Positions 38,617 to 45,918 of a DNA stretch of 64,000 bases are shown piece after piece. The stretch comes from an uncultured Methanosarcinales archaeon (GTDB lineage Archaea > Nanobdellota > Nanobdellia > Woesearchaeales > GW2011-AR15), in contig CAZEKF010000006.1 in assembly GCA_964512765.1 (NCBI GenBank), positions 2,747 through 66,746 of the forward strand. Reading direction: 5' to 3'. Made by a program: the position numbers and the translations under genes. Each line of letters begins with the position of its first letter. Positions within the stretch are counted from its first letter, which is position 1. The notes under the pieces are model-generated. The model had not been told where the DNA came from. It ran no database searches and worked only from the letters and a program-made list of their open reading frames with translations.

Positions 38617-39693
38617 TTACGTAAGAAATTCATATGGTTTACTAACAATTTTCAAGTCATCAAAAACAGTCAACCAGATATCATCAAGAATGTCAAGTAT
38701 TTTTTCTTTATCAGTGTTTGCTGGGTACAATGCAATTATTGAATCTCCGCCGCCTGCTCCAAGCAAACCTGCAGTTAACACACCTTCTTTTTTTATTGTT
38801 TCAAGGAGTTTTGTTATTTTTCTAGGTTCAATCCTAGCATTTGCCATTTCACCAAGTTTTTTTCTATAATCCCATGACTTCTCTAAGTAATAAACAATTT
38901 CTTGTACGTTGTTCAATTGAAACGCTCTCTGACATTTAAGATTAATTGTGTTATATTCTTTCATGAACTCGTTATATTTTTCAAGATGATGTTTTTTAAA
39001 TTTCAGAACTTTATTAACTAACTTTGGTGTTGATGCTGCCTTACCTGTGAACGCAATTATTGGGGTTATTGACAACGGCCAGTAAAATTCTTGTATGTTT
39101 TTTTTATAATCTGACTCAACGTATTCAATAAATTCTCTGTCAAGGTTTTCTTCCTCACTTATAAAAAAATGCGAACCGTGGCATGCAGATGCAATGTCAA
39201 ACCCGCTTCCTAACTTACCTTGACTTTTATAGTGGGCGTATCTAGAAATTTTGTAAACAAGTTCTTTGTCATTTATACCATGTTCTTCTAACATAGCAGC
39301 AACTGTTGCAACAGTAGCAGTTGCTGAACTTCCAAGCCCTGTTTTTTGCTTTTTTCCTAAATATAACTCAGGGTCATTAATACTTAACAAACTAACATCT
39401 TTAATTTTAATACGTTTATACTTAAGATATTCAAAGGTACGTTCAACTGCACTTTTAATAAATTTAAGTTCTTCAGGATTTTTTTCTAACTTTAACTTAT
39501 GACCTTTAACTCTTCCATACACACTAATCTTAAAATTCTTAAGATCAAAAACTATTCTACCTGAATCTGTTTCTGTAACAGTTATTTTTGTTCCTTTGTC
39601 AACATTCGCAACTAACCCAATATTACCAGGTTCCAAGATTGAGTATGCTCCAAATACAAGGATTTTACCATATGCTTTAGCTGTTGTTTCCAT
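38617..39693 (-). CDS. Phosphomevalonate kinase (ERG8-type GHMP kinase)
   Basis: AYGKILVFGAYSILEPG matches the ERG8 pattern GK.LL.GGY.VL. GHMP motif GLGSSATATVATVAA. I placed the start at METTAK, just after the MVD stop. Confidence 0.7.
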   Translation of the reverse strand: METTAKAYGKILVFGAYSILEPGNIGLVANVDKGTKITVTETDSGRIVFDLKNFKISVYGRVKGHKLKLEKNPEELKFIKSAVERTFEYLKYKRIKIKDVSLLSINDPELYLGKKQKTGLGSSATATVATVAAMLEEHGINDKELVYKISRYAHYKSQGKLGSGFDIASACHGSHFFISEEENLDREFIEYVESDYKKNIQEFYWPLSITPIIAFTGKAASTPKLVNKVLKFKKHHLEKYNEFMKEYNTINLKCQRAFQLNNVQEIVYYLEKSWDYRKKLGEMANARIEPRKITKLLETIKKEGVLTAGLLGAGGGDSIIALYPANTDKEKILDILDDIWLTVFDDLKIVSKPYEFLT

Positions 39694-39694
39694 C

Positions 39695-40657
39695 TTAAAA
39701 TAAATGTTCTTCTGTATACCTAACTCCTTTCCCAACCTTTGCAATTTCTGTTTTAGTGTTAGGTATGCTAGACAAAGTATTTATAATTTCTGGTAAATTT
39801 TTTTCTAAAGTTATAACATGCGCGTTAGGCCCTGCGTCAAAAGTGTATCCGGCTATAATTTTGCTTTTATTCAAGTTAATAACCTGTTTTATTATCTCAT
39901 TAGAAGTTTCATTCAGATATTTAATCCCGACTTCTTCAATACAAGTGTGCATGTTATCAGAATCTTTCATGATTTCATATGCTAAGTTTTGAAAATCTTT
40001 TTCTAGTAAAAATTTTTCAACATTTTCAATTGTTGATTGAACTTTCTGAATTCTTTTTTGGTATAATAGACTTTTTAATTTCGTCAGTGCCATTCCTTCC
40101 CTTGAACTAACTTTTTTTTCTTGATTATCCACGATGATAATTACATCTCTAAGTTCTGGCCAGTATGTTTCATCTTTCAATTGTAAAGAATATTCGTTTT
40201 CCCATTTAACAAACCCACCAAATACACTTCTACATGCACTACCACTTCCTAATCTTGCTAATGCTGATAATTCTTTGTTTGAGAATTCTAAACCAATTGC
40301 TTTTGATGAAGCAGCTGCTAACGCTGCAAACCCTGAAGCTGATGAAGCAATGCCTGTACCTGTTGGAAAACTGTTAATTGAAACAACTTTAGCTTTCAAG
40401 TTAACATTAGCTTTTTCTCTAACAATATCTAAAAACTTTGAAACTTGTTCTAACCTGTTTCCTTCCTGAATTTCATTGTTAAAAATAAAAATGTCTTCAT
40501 TATACTCTTTAAAAAATTTAACTGTTGTCTTTGTGTTAAGTGTATCATCAAGAGTTATTGCAATGCTTGAGTTCATTGGTATATTAAGTTTAGTATCTTT
40601 CTTGCCCCAGTACTTAACAAAGGCAATACTAGGGGAGGCAATCGCTGTTGCTTTCAT
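39695..40657 (-). CDS. mvd: Diphosphomevalonate decarboxylase family
   Basis: ASPSIAFVKYWGKKD, PTGTGIASSASGFAALAAA, ARLGSGSACRS. I placed the start at MKATAI. Confidence 0.85.
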   Translation of the reverse strand: MKATAIASPSIAFVKYWGKKDTKLNIPMNSSIAITLDDTLNTKTTVKFFKEYNEDIFIFNNEIQEGNRLEQVSKFLDIVREKANVNLKAKVVSINSFPTGTGIASSASGFAALAAASSKAIGLEFSNKELSALARLGSGSACRSVFGGFVKWENEYSLQLKDETYWPELRDVIIIVDNQEKKVSSREGMALTKLKSLLYQKRIQKVQSTIENVEKFLLEKDFQNLAYEIMKDSDNMHTCIEEVGIKYLNETSNEIIKQVINLNKSKIIAGYTFDAGPNAHVITLEKNLPEIINTLSSIPNTKTEIAKVGKGVRYTEEHLF

Positions 40658-40710
40658 AATAGTTAAAGAATAAAAGAAGAGTATATTAAAGTTTTTCATA
40701 CAACGATATA

Positions 40711-40731
40711 CCACTTATCTTAAATAAGTGG
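40711..40731. promoter_or_regulatory. Palindrome CCACTTAT-CTTAA-ATAAGTGG in the divergent MVD / methyltransferase spacer
   Basis: 8-bp arms read directly from the sequence. The ATAAGTGG/CCACTT core recurs at 40750-40755 and 40833-40840. Confidence 0.35.
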
Positions 40732-40885
40732 TAAGAGTGTGCTCAAAAACCACTTTTCATGAGTATAAGTGCTATATCGAGTGTCAAAAACAACCACATT
40801 TATATTTCTTCACTTCGTACCACATGTGTCAAATAAGTGGTTTTTGACAAAACATATATATGACTATAAACTCACACATTACAAA

Positions 40886-41926
40886 ATGTTTTCAAAAAAT
40901 AATTTGAAAAAAGCTCTTGGTCATTATTTTTCAGGTCTTGTCATGATTTGGCTAGCAATTTTAATGTATAAATATGTCCCATATTATTCTAATTTTCTTA
41001 GAAATGAAACTATGAATGTTTTAGTTATATTAGCATTAGCATACACATTATTTTCATTCCCTATACAACTAGTTGCTTCGTACAACGGTAACCATGAGAC
41101 AAAAACAAGAAGATTGTTCAAAGCATTCAAAAGAATAGTTAGTGATTTTCGTCATTATCTTAAAAATTTTGTTTATGACACGGATCATAAAATGCCAAAG
41201 ATGGACGCCGAAGAAAAGCGCGATTTCTTGTTTCTCATTGTAAAAATCTTTTTTTTACCAATACTACTTAACTTTTTTTTTGATAATTATTTTTCTATAA
41301 TTAATCATGTTAACATAATTCGAACAACTCCTAACTTATTCACTATTAGTAATTTCACTCACCTAATATACCCGTTTGGAATTGTTTTAATTTTTTTAAT
41401 AGACACTGCAATCTTTTCTTTTGGATACGCATTTGAAGCCAAATTCTTAAAAAACACAATCAAATCTGTTGAACCTACTGCGTTTGGCTGGGCTGTTGCT
41501 TTAATCTGTTACCCTCCTTTTAACGGACTAGCGTCACAATACGTTCCCTGGTTTGCAAACGACTTTGTATACTTTGGTTCAAGTAAAGTGACTTTTGTTA
41601 TGAGACTAATTATCTTATTTTTATTATGGATCTACGTCTGGGCAACAATTGCATTAGGCGCCAAAAGTTCGAATTTGACTAACCGAGGTATTGTAGTAAA
41701 AGGACCGTACAGGTTCATTAGACACCCTGCTTACATATCAAAAAATCTTGTATGGTGGATAACTATACTGCCTGTCATGAACATCGCTGCATTCCTAGGT
41801 ATATTTTTCTGGTCAATAATATATTTCTTCAGAGCAATAACTGAAGAACGTCACTTAATAATGGACGATGATTATAAGAAATATTGTAAAAAAGTTAAGT
41901 ATAGATTTGTGCCTGGTATTTTCTAA
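40886..41926 (+). CDS. Polytopic membrane protein with C-terminal isoprenylcysteine carboxyl methyltransferase (ICMT/PEMT)-like domain
   Basis: GPYRFIRHPAYISKNLVWW...RAITEERHL...DYKKYCKKVKYRFVPGIF. I moved the start to the ATG at 40886. Confidence 0.7.
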   Translation: MFSKNNLKKALGHYFSGLVMIWLAILMYKYVPYYSNFLRNETMNVLVILALAYTLFSFPIQLVASYNGNHETKTRRLFKAFKRIVSDFRHYLKNFVYDTDHKMPKMDAEEKRDFLFLIVKIFFLPILLNFFFDNYFSIINHVNIIRTTPNLFTISNFTHLIYPFGIVLIFLIDTAIFSFGYAFEAKFLKNTIKSVEPTAFGWAVALICYPPFNGLASQYVPWFANDFVYFGSSKVTFVMRLIILFLLWIYVWATIALGAKSSNLTNRGIVVKGPYRFIRHPAYISKNLVWWITILPVMNIAAFLGIFFWSIIYFFRAITEERHLIMDDDYKKYCKKVKYRFVPGIF

Positions 41927-42504
41927 TTTTTTTCAACAATCTTCCCATTCGGCTCTTTTTCTTCAAAAATCTGGGCAGAAAACGTATAAATTTTACTTTC
42001 AGGATCTTTCCAAGCATCGTTATTTAACCCAGCTTTCTGACAAGTCATTTCAAGAGCTTGCTGAGGCGTGCTTTCATAATCTGTAAAAACTTGAGGTAAC
42101 AACAATCCAGACTGAAAACCTGTCCTTATAATCAAACCGTGTTTACCAATCTTAATCTTGTCTAAATATTCTTTAGGGTCTTCAACTTCGAGTAACTTTG
42201 GCTTTGTTAAAACAGAAACTTCAACTGTAATATCTTCCATTTCAGATTCAGTAACTGCAGGAAACCTCGGATCTTTAAACGCTGCAGCACGAGCTGCTTC
42301 AACAATACCTCTTTGCAGATCATAAACAGGTTCTGGAAAGCCAATACAACCGCGTAACTGATCATATTTATTCAAAGTAACAAAAACACCTAGCTTATCT
42401 ATATATTTATCAGACTCGTGCATGTGTAGAAATTTACCAGAAAAAAATGAAATAATAGAATCACGCGCTAATTTTATTAAGATTTTCCCATCTTCTAGGT
42501 TCAT
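41923..42504 (-). CDS. AMMECR1-domain protein
   Basis: LRGCIGFPEP, DPRFPAV, VEVSVLT, HGLII...GLLLPQV. Confidence 0.85.
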   Translation of the reverse strand: MNLEDGKILIKLARDSIISFFSGKFLHMHESDKYIDKLGVFVTLNKYDQLRGCIGFPEPVYDLQRGIVEAARAAAFKDPRFPAVTESEMEDITVEVSVLTKPKLLEVEDPKEYLDKIKIGKHGLIIRTGFQSGLLLPQVFTDYESTPQQALEMTCQKAGLNNDAWKDPESKIYTFSAQIFEEKEPNGKIVEKN

Positions 42505-42785
42505 CTGACTTTTTTTACTTCTTTTGTTAAAGTAGTATTCTTTTTTTTAAGTCTTGAAATAGCGTCTTTAACAGCTTTTTTAGGTGATTTTTTACCGTCT
42601 GTTTCAACAATAAACTTTGGCACGCCGATTAAAGGATGGCTTATGTTATACGCTGAGACTGTAACAGACTTATCATTCCATAATTCGTCTCTTAAAGCAT
42701 TGCACAAAGTGTGTCCTTCGCCTTTTAGTTCAAAAACAAATTTTTTCTTTTTATCTTCAATAACATTTACTTCCATGAGTATCAC
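42501..42785 (-). CDS. rpoL: DNA-directed RNA polymerase subunit L (Rpo11)
   Basis: FELKGEGHTLCNALRDEL...VSAYNISHPL. Confidence 0.8.
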   Translation of the reverse strand: MILMEVNVIEDKKKKFVFELKGEGHTLCNALRDELWNDKSVTVSAYNISHPLIGVPKFIVETDGKKSPKKAVKDAISRLKKKNTTLTKEVKKVR

Positions 42786-42831
42786 AAGTCCTCAGGAAAC
42801 ATACAGGGTTTAAAAAGATTATGAAAAAAAA

Positions 42832-44595
42832 TTAAAAAGTTTTCAGAACATTACCAAGAATACTACCAAAGTTCTTGAACCAGTTTAATATTTTCTGTAA
42901 GAAACCTTGTTTAATACACTGGTCATCTACACAAAGATTGCTTCTGCATTCATAGTTGTTCATGCATTCTTCTGCTTCATTTTTCTGTAATGAAAGGGTG
43001 TTAGAAGAGTCACAATATTTTCTTTCTTTATCTGCTTTAATTCTTTCACCGTATTGTAGACATTTATCCTTATGTTCGCATCCATTACATTCTTCTTTCA
43101 CTTCTTCTTGGTTTCCTGTTTCATCAGAACTTTTTTCTTTTGTTTTTTTATTATCTTTTTTATCTTTAATATGTGCGTAAGATTCGCAATATCCTGTGTA
43201 ATCCTCATGAGCTAAATGCGCGTCAAGTGCAGATTGTGCAACACAAATTTCATGCGGTTTACCAACAACGTGACAGATTAAAACTTTGTTAGGTTTACAA
43301 CCTCCATCAACAGGCGTGTCTTCATTATCATCTGTTTCATCTTCTTCGTCGTCATCTTCCTCTTCTGTTTCATTATAGTCATTATCATCTGTCTCGTTAT
43401 ATTCATTGTTACATGTTTCATTTTCAGGTAAAGTATAGCCTGTACAGTTACCCCATTCTCCATTAGTACATGTTTGTACACCTGCGGTACAATAGTCTTG
43501 GTCTGGTTCACATGTTTGAGTCTGGCCGTCTACACATGTCACTGAATCACATTCATCATAACAACCTTTACCATCTATCCAGCATTTACCAGCATTCTCG
43601 CAACAATCTTTGTCTGAACCTGCTGCGCACCAGTCAGGACAGCATCCGTCATTAGTTACTTCACAATTTAATTGAATGCTACAATTCCCTTCTCCTAACT
43701 CACAATCATCATAGCACCCTCTTGTCTCAACCCAACATTTACCAGCATCTTCACAACAATCAACGTCTGAACCTGCAGAGCATGAGCTTGGGCAACATCC
43801 GTCTTGCACCAAAGAACAAATAGCATCAACACAAGTATCTTCTCCTTCTTCTAACTTAAACCAGTCAATTCCATAATGCAGCTCAAATGGTTGTGCTTCT
43901 ATTCTAATATAATGGACACCCGGGTTTAACGCACCAAATTCAATCTCTTCTTCTTTATCAACTGTTAAACCTTGTTCACTTTCATCAACAAAAACCTCTG
44001 TATCATCAATATAAACTCTCATGTAATTTGTTGTGTAACCAGGCCCTTGAGGTGTTTTTGAATATAAATGGTAGTTCAAAGTAAAGATTACGTTGGTAGT
44101 TTTATCTAAAGAAAACTCATATGGATAATCTGATGAAGAATATTGGACTGGGGGAGAATCTGATGTTCCGCCTGAATTCGTTATATATCTTGCGTCATAC
44201 TCACATGGAAACTCTGGACATGCAGGACCCCAATCTCCTTCAAGACATGTAGCGTTTTCACAACCAAATTCGCAATATTCATGTGACGCTGTTGGAAATA
44301 CAATGTTTTTATCATATTGTTTTCCTTTGTAACATCTAAACTCATAATATTTGTAAGAACCAAAACAAAACGGCTCTGGTATTGGTGTATCAACATTAAG
44401 CTCCATATTGTCACAGCCAAACGGATATTCAACACCTGCCCATGTAAAGTTTTTCACATTCCCGCATTCCCCTTCGCCAACACACTCTACATAAGCAATG
44501 TTGTCTCCTTTTGTACAGTCATCCTGGCACAACTGTGCAAGAACAGAAGCACTAAACATAACCAATAATATAATTACAAAAAATAATTTTTTCAA
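42832..44595 (-). CDS. Secreted cysteine-rich protein, 587 aa, with duplicated CC-rich module and acidic low-complexity tract
   Basis: Signal MKKLFFVIILLVMFSASVLA. Two copies of DGCCP..C.AGSD.DCCE.AGKCW....GCYD.C. Acidic tract NEYNETDDNDYNETEEEDDDEEDETDDNEDT. Also an ICHV...ICV..SALDAHLAHEDYTGYC motif. Confidence 0.7.
   Translation of the reverse strand: MKKLFFVIILLVMFSASVLAQLCQDDCTKGDNIAYVECVGEGECGNVKNFTWAGVEYPFGCDNMELNVDTPIPEPFCFGSYKYYEFRCYKGKQYDKNIVFPTASHEYCEFGCENATCLEGDWGPACPEFPCEYDARYITNSGGTSDSPPVQYSSSDYPYEFSLDKTTNVIFTLNYHLYSKTPQGPGYTTNYMRVYIDDTEVFVDESEQGLTVDKEEEIEFGALNPGVHYIRIEAQPFELHYGIDWFKLEEGEDTCVDAICSLVQDGCCPSSCSAGSDVDCCEDAGKCWVETRGCYDDCELGEGNCSIQLNCEVTNDGCCPDWCAAGSDKDCCENAGKCWIDGKGCYDECDSVTCVDGQTQTCEPDQDYCTAGVQTCTNGEWGNCTGYTLPENETCNNEYNETDDNDYNETEEEDDDEEDETDDNEDTPVDGGCKPNKVLICHVVGKPHEICVAQSALDAHLAHEDYTGYCESYAHIKDKKDNKKTKEKSSDETGNQEEVKEECNGCEHKDKCLQYGERIKADKERKYCDSSNTLSLQKNEAEECMNNYECRSNLCVDDQCIKQGFLQKILNWFKNFGSILGNVLKTF
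43545..43806 (-). repeat. Tandemly duplicated coding module (about 35 codons, two copies) inside the 587-aa gene
   Basis: Copy 1 encodes DGCCPSSCSAGSDVDCCEDAGKCWVETRGCYDDCE. Copy 2 encodes DGCCPDWCAAGSDKDCCENAGKCWIDGKGCYDECD. Confidence 0.6.
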
Positions 44596-44749
44596 CTTAT
44601 CACACCTCTACACTATTTATAATAAAATGTTACTAACGTACAATCCCATATAAAAAAGTTACCTAAAAATTTCTAAAAATACTTTTTTTAAATAACATGT
44701 TTAAGTTCAAGGAAATATATTTAATAGTGTTAATAATAACAAAAAAGAA

Positions 44750-45775
44750 ATGAAAAAAAAAGTAGTTATAATTGGCGCAGGTTTTGCAGGATTGTCTGCT
44801 TTACTTGGTTTGCTTAAAAAAAAAGAATTGTTTGACATTAAACTTATTGATAAAGAAGATTATTTTGAGTATACTCCTTCATTACATTTATGTCTTGATA
44901 ATCCTGAATATGTTAATAATATAAGGCTTAGTTTAAAAAAATATTATCGGGAATTTTTTGTAAAAGATAATATAAAAGAAATCAAAAAAACAAAAGTAAT
45001 TGGTAAAAATAAAAGCTATGATTATGATTATTTAGTTATTGCATCAGGCTCAACAACCAATTTTTATAATAACAATGAGTTTGAAAAATACGCTCTTCCG
45101 TTAAAACGGATTAAAGATGTTAATAAGATTAATTCTAAACTAAAAAAACATCAAAAAATAGTTGTTATCGGCGGAGGTTATACTGGTGTAGAAATAACAA
45201 GCATTCTTGCAGAAAAACAAAAATATGACATTTCTCTGGTCAATCTGGGAAAATATCTGCTTAATAATCCAACTATTAGCAAAAGAATTGAAAAGTTTCT
45301 CGAAAATCATAGTGTTAAAATTAAGAAAGAAAAAGAAGTTATTTCTTGTAACAATGATTCAATAACATTAAACACTGGCGAAACTATCAAAACAGATTTG
45401 ATAATAATGAGCGCAGGGATAAAACTGAATGAATTAATAAAAGATGAACTGTGCGGCGATCTTTGCCTGGAAAATAATAAAAACATTTACTTGTGCGGTG
45501 ATGTTGCAAGATCTGATAAATTAAGCACTGCGTATAATGCAATGATTGAAGGAAGGGATGTTGCAAAGAACATAATATCACGGGTTACACAGAATAAATC
45601 AGTTAAGCAAAAAAATAGAAACTGGAACTTACTTGCCATTGCACTTGGTGAAAGAAAAGGCCTAATAACTATTGGTGAAAAGATCATTTATGTTCCATTT
45701 ACTGGTTTTTTAAAATGGACCATTGAAAAAAGAGTGTTGTTTGAGTTTAAACACAGAATCAGGTTACCAATATAA
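44750..45775 (+). CDS. FAD-dependent pyridine nucleotide-disulfide oxidoreductase (NDH-2-like)
   Basis: Two Rossmann motifs, VVIIGAGFAGLSA and IVVIGGGYTGVEI. Confidence 0.7.
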   Translation: MKKKVVIIGAGFAGLSALLGLLKKKELFDIKLIDKEDYFEYTPSLHLCLDNPEYVNNIRLSLKKYYREFFVKDNIKEIKKTKVIGKNKSYDYDYLVIASGSTTNFYNNNEFEKYALPLKRIKDVNKINSKLKKHQKIVVIGGGYTGVEITSILAEKQKYDISLVNLGKYLLNNPTISKRIEKFLENHSVKIKKEKEVISCNNDSITLNTGETIKTDLIIMSAGIKLNELIKDELCGDLCLENNKNIYLCGDVARSDKLSTAYNAMIEGRDVAKNIISRVTQNKSVKQKNRNWNLLAIALGERKGLITIGEKIIYVPFTGFLKWTIEKRVLFEFKHRIRLPI

Positions 45776-45918
45776 TAAAATAAAAAAGCTTTTTATATAC
45801 AATCAAAATACTTAAAAAAATAATGAAACTTGAACTTTTACTCATGCTCCAGTAGTTTAGTTCAGTGGTTATTCTAAATAAGTTTTTTAAAGACATAAAA
45901 AATAATTATTAGAAAAAG

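Noticed and set aside
40769-40885. N-terminal extensions given by the ORF track. Examples are 40769 for the ICMT-like gene, 55839 for the GT-A-like gene, 55664 for the DUF54 gene, 50288 for the MBL-like gene, 18453 for the orphan after carS, 40714 for MVD, 39744 for PMK and 31658 for the EEP gene.
   Set aside because: The extensions cross divergent promoter spacers or overlap the neighbouring gene. They encode non-conserved hydrophobic junk. Internal ATGs sit at the point where family similarity begins, and often form stop/start junctions with the upstream gene.
45846-45880. tRNA-like 5' segment GCTCCAGTAGTTTAGTTCAGTGGTTA upstream of leuS (possible split-tRNA half or tRNA remnant).
   Set aside because: No D-stem complement, anticodon arm, T arm (no GTTC-type loop) or acceptor 3' strand can be found downstream or nearby. 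There is also no GC-rich complementary leader of the kind known for split tRNA halves. It is probably a chance resemblance or a very decayed remnant.
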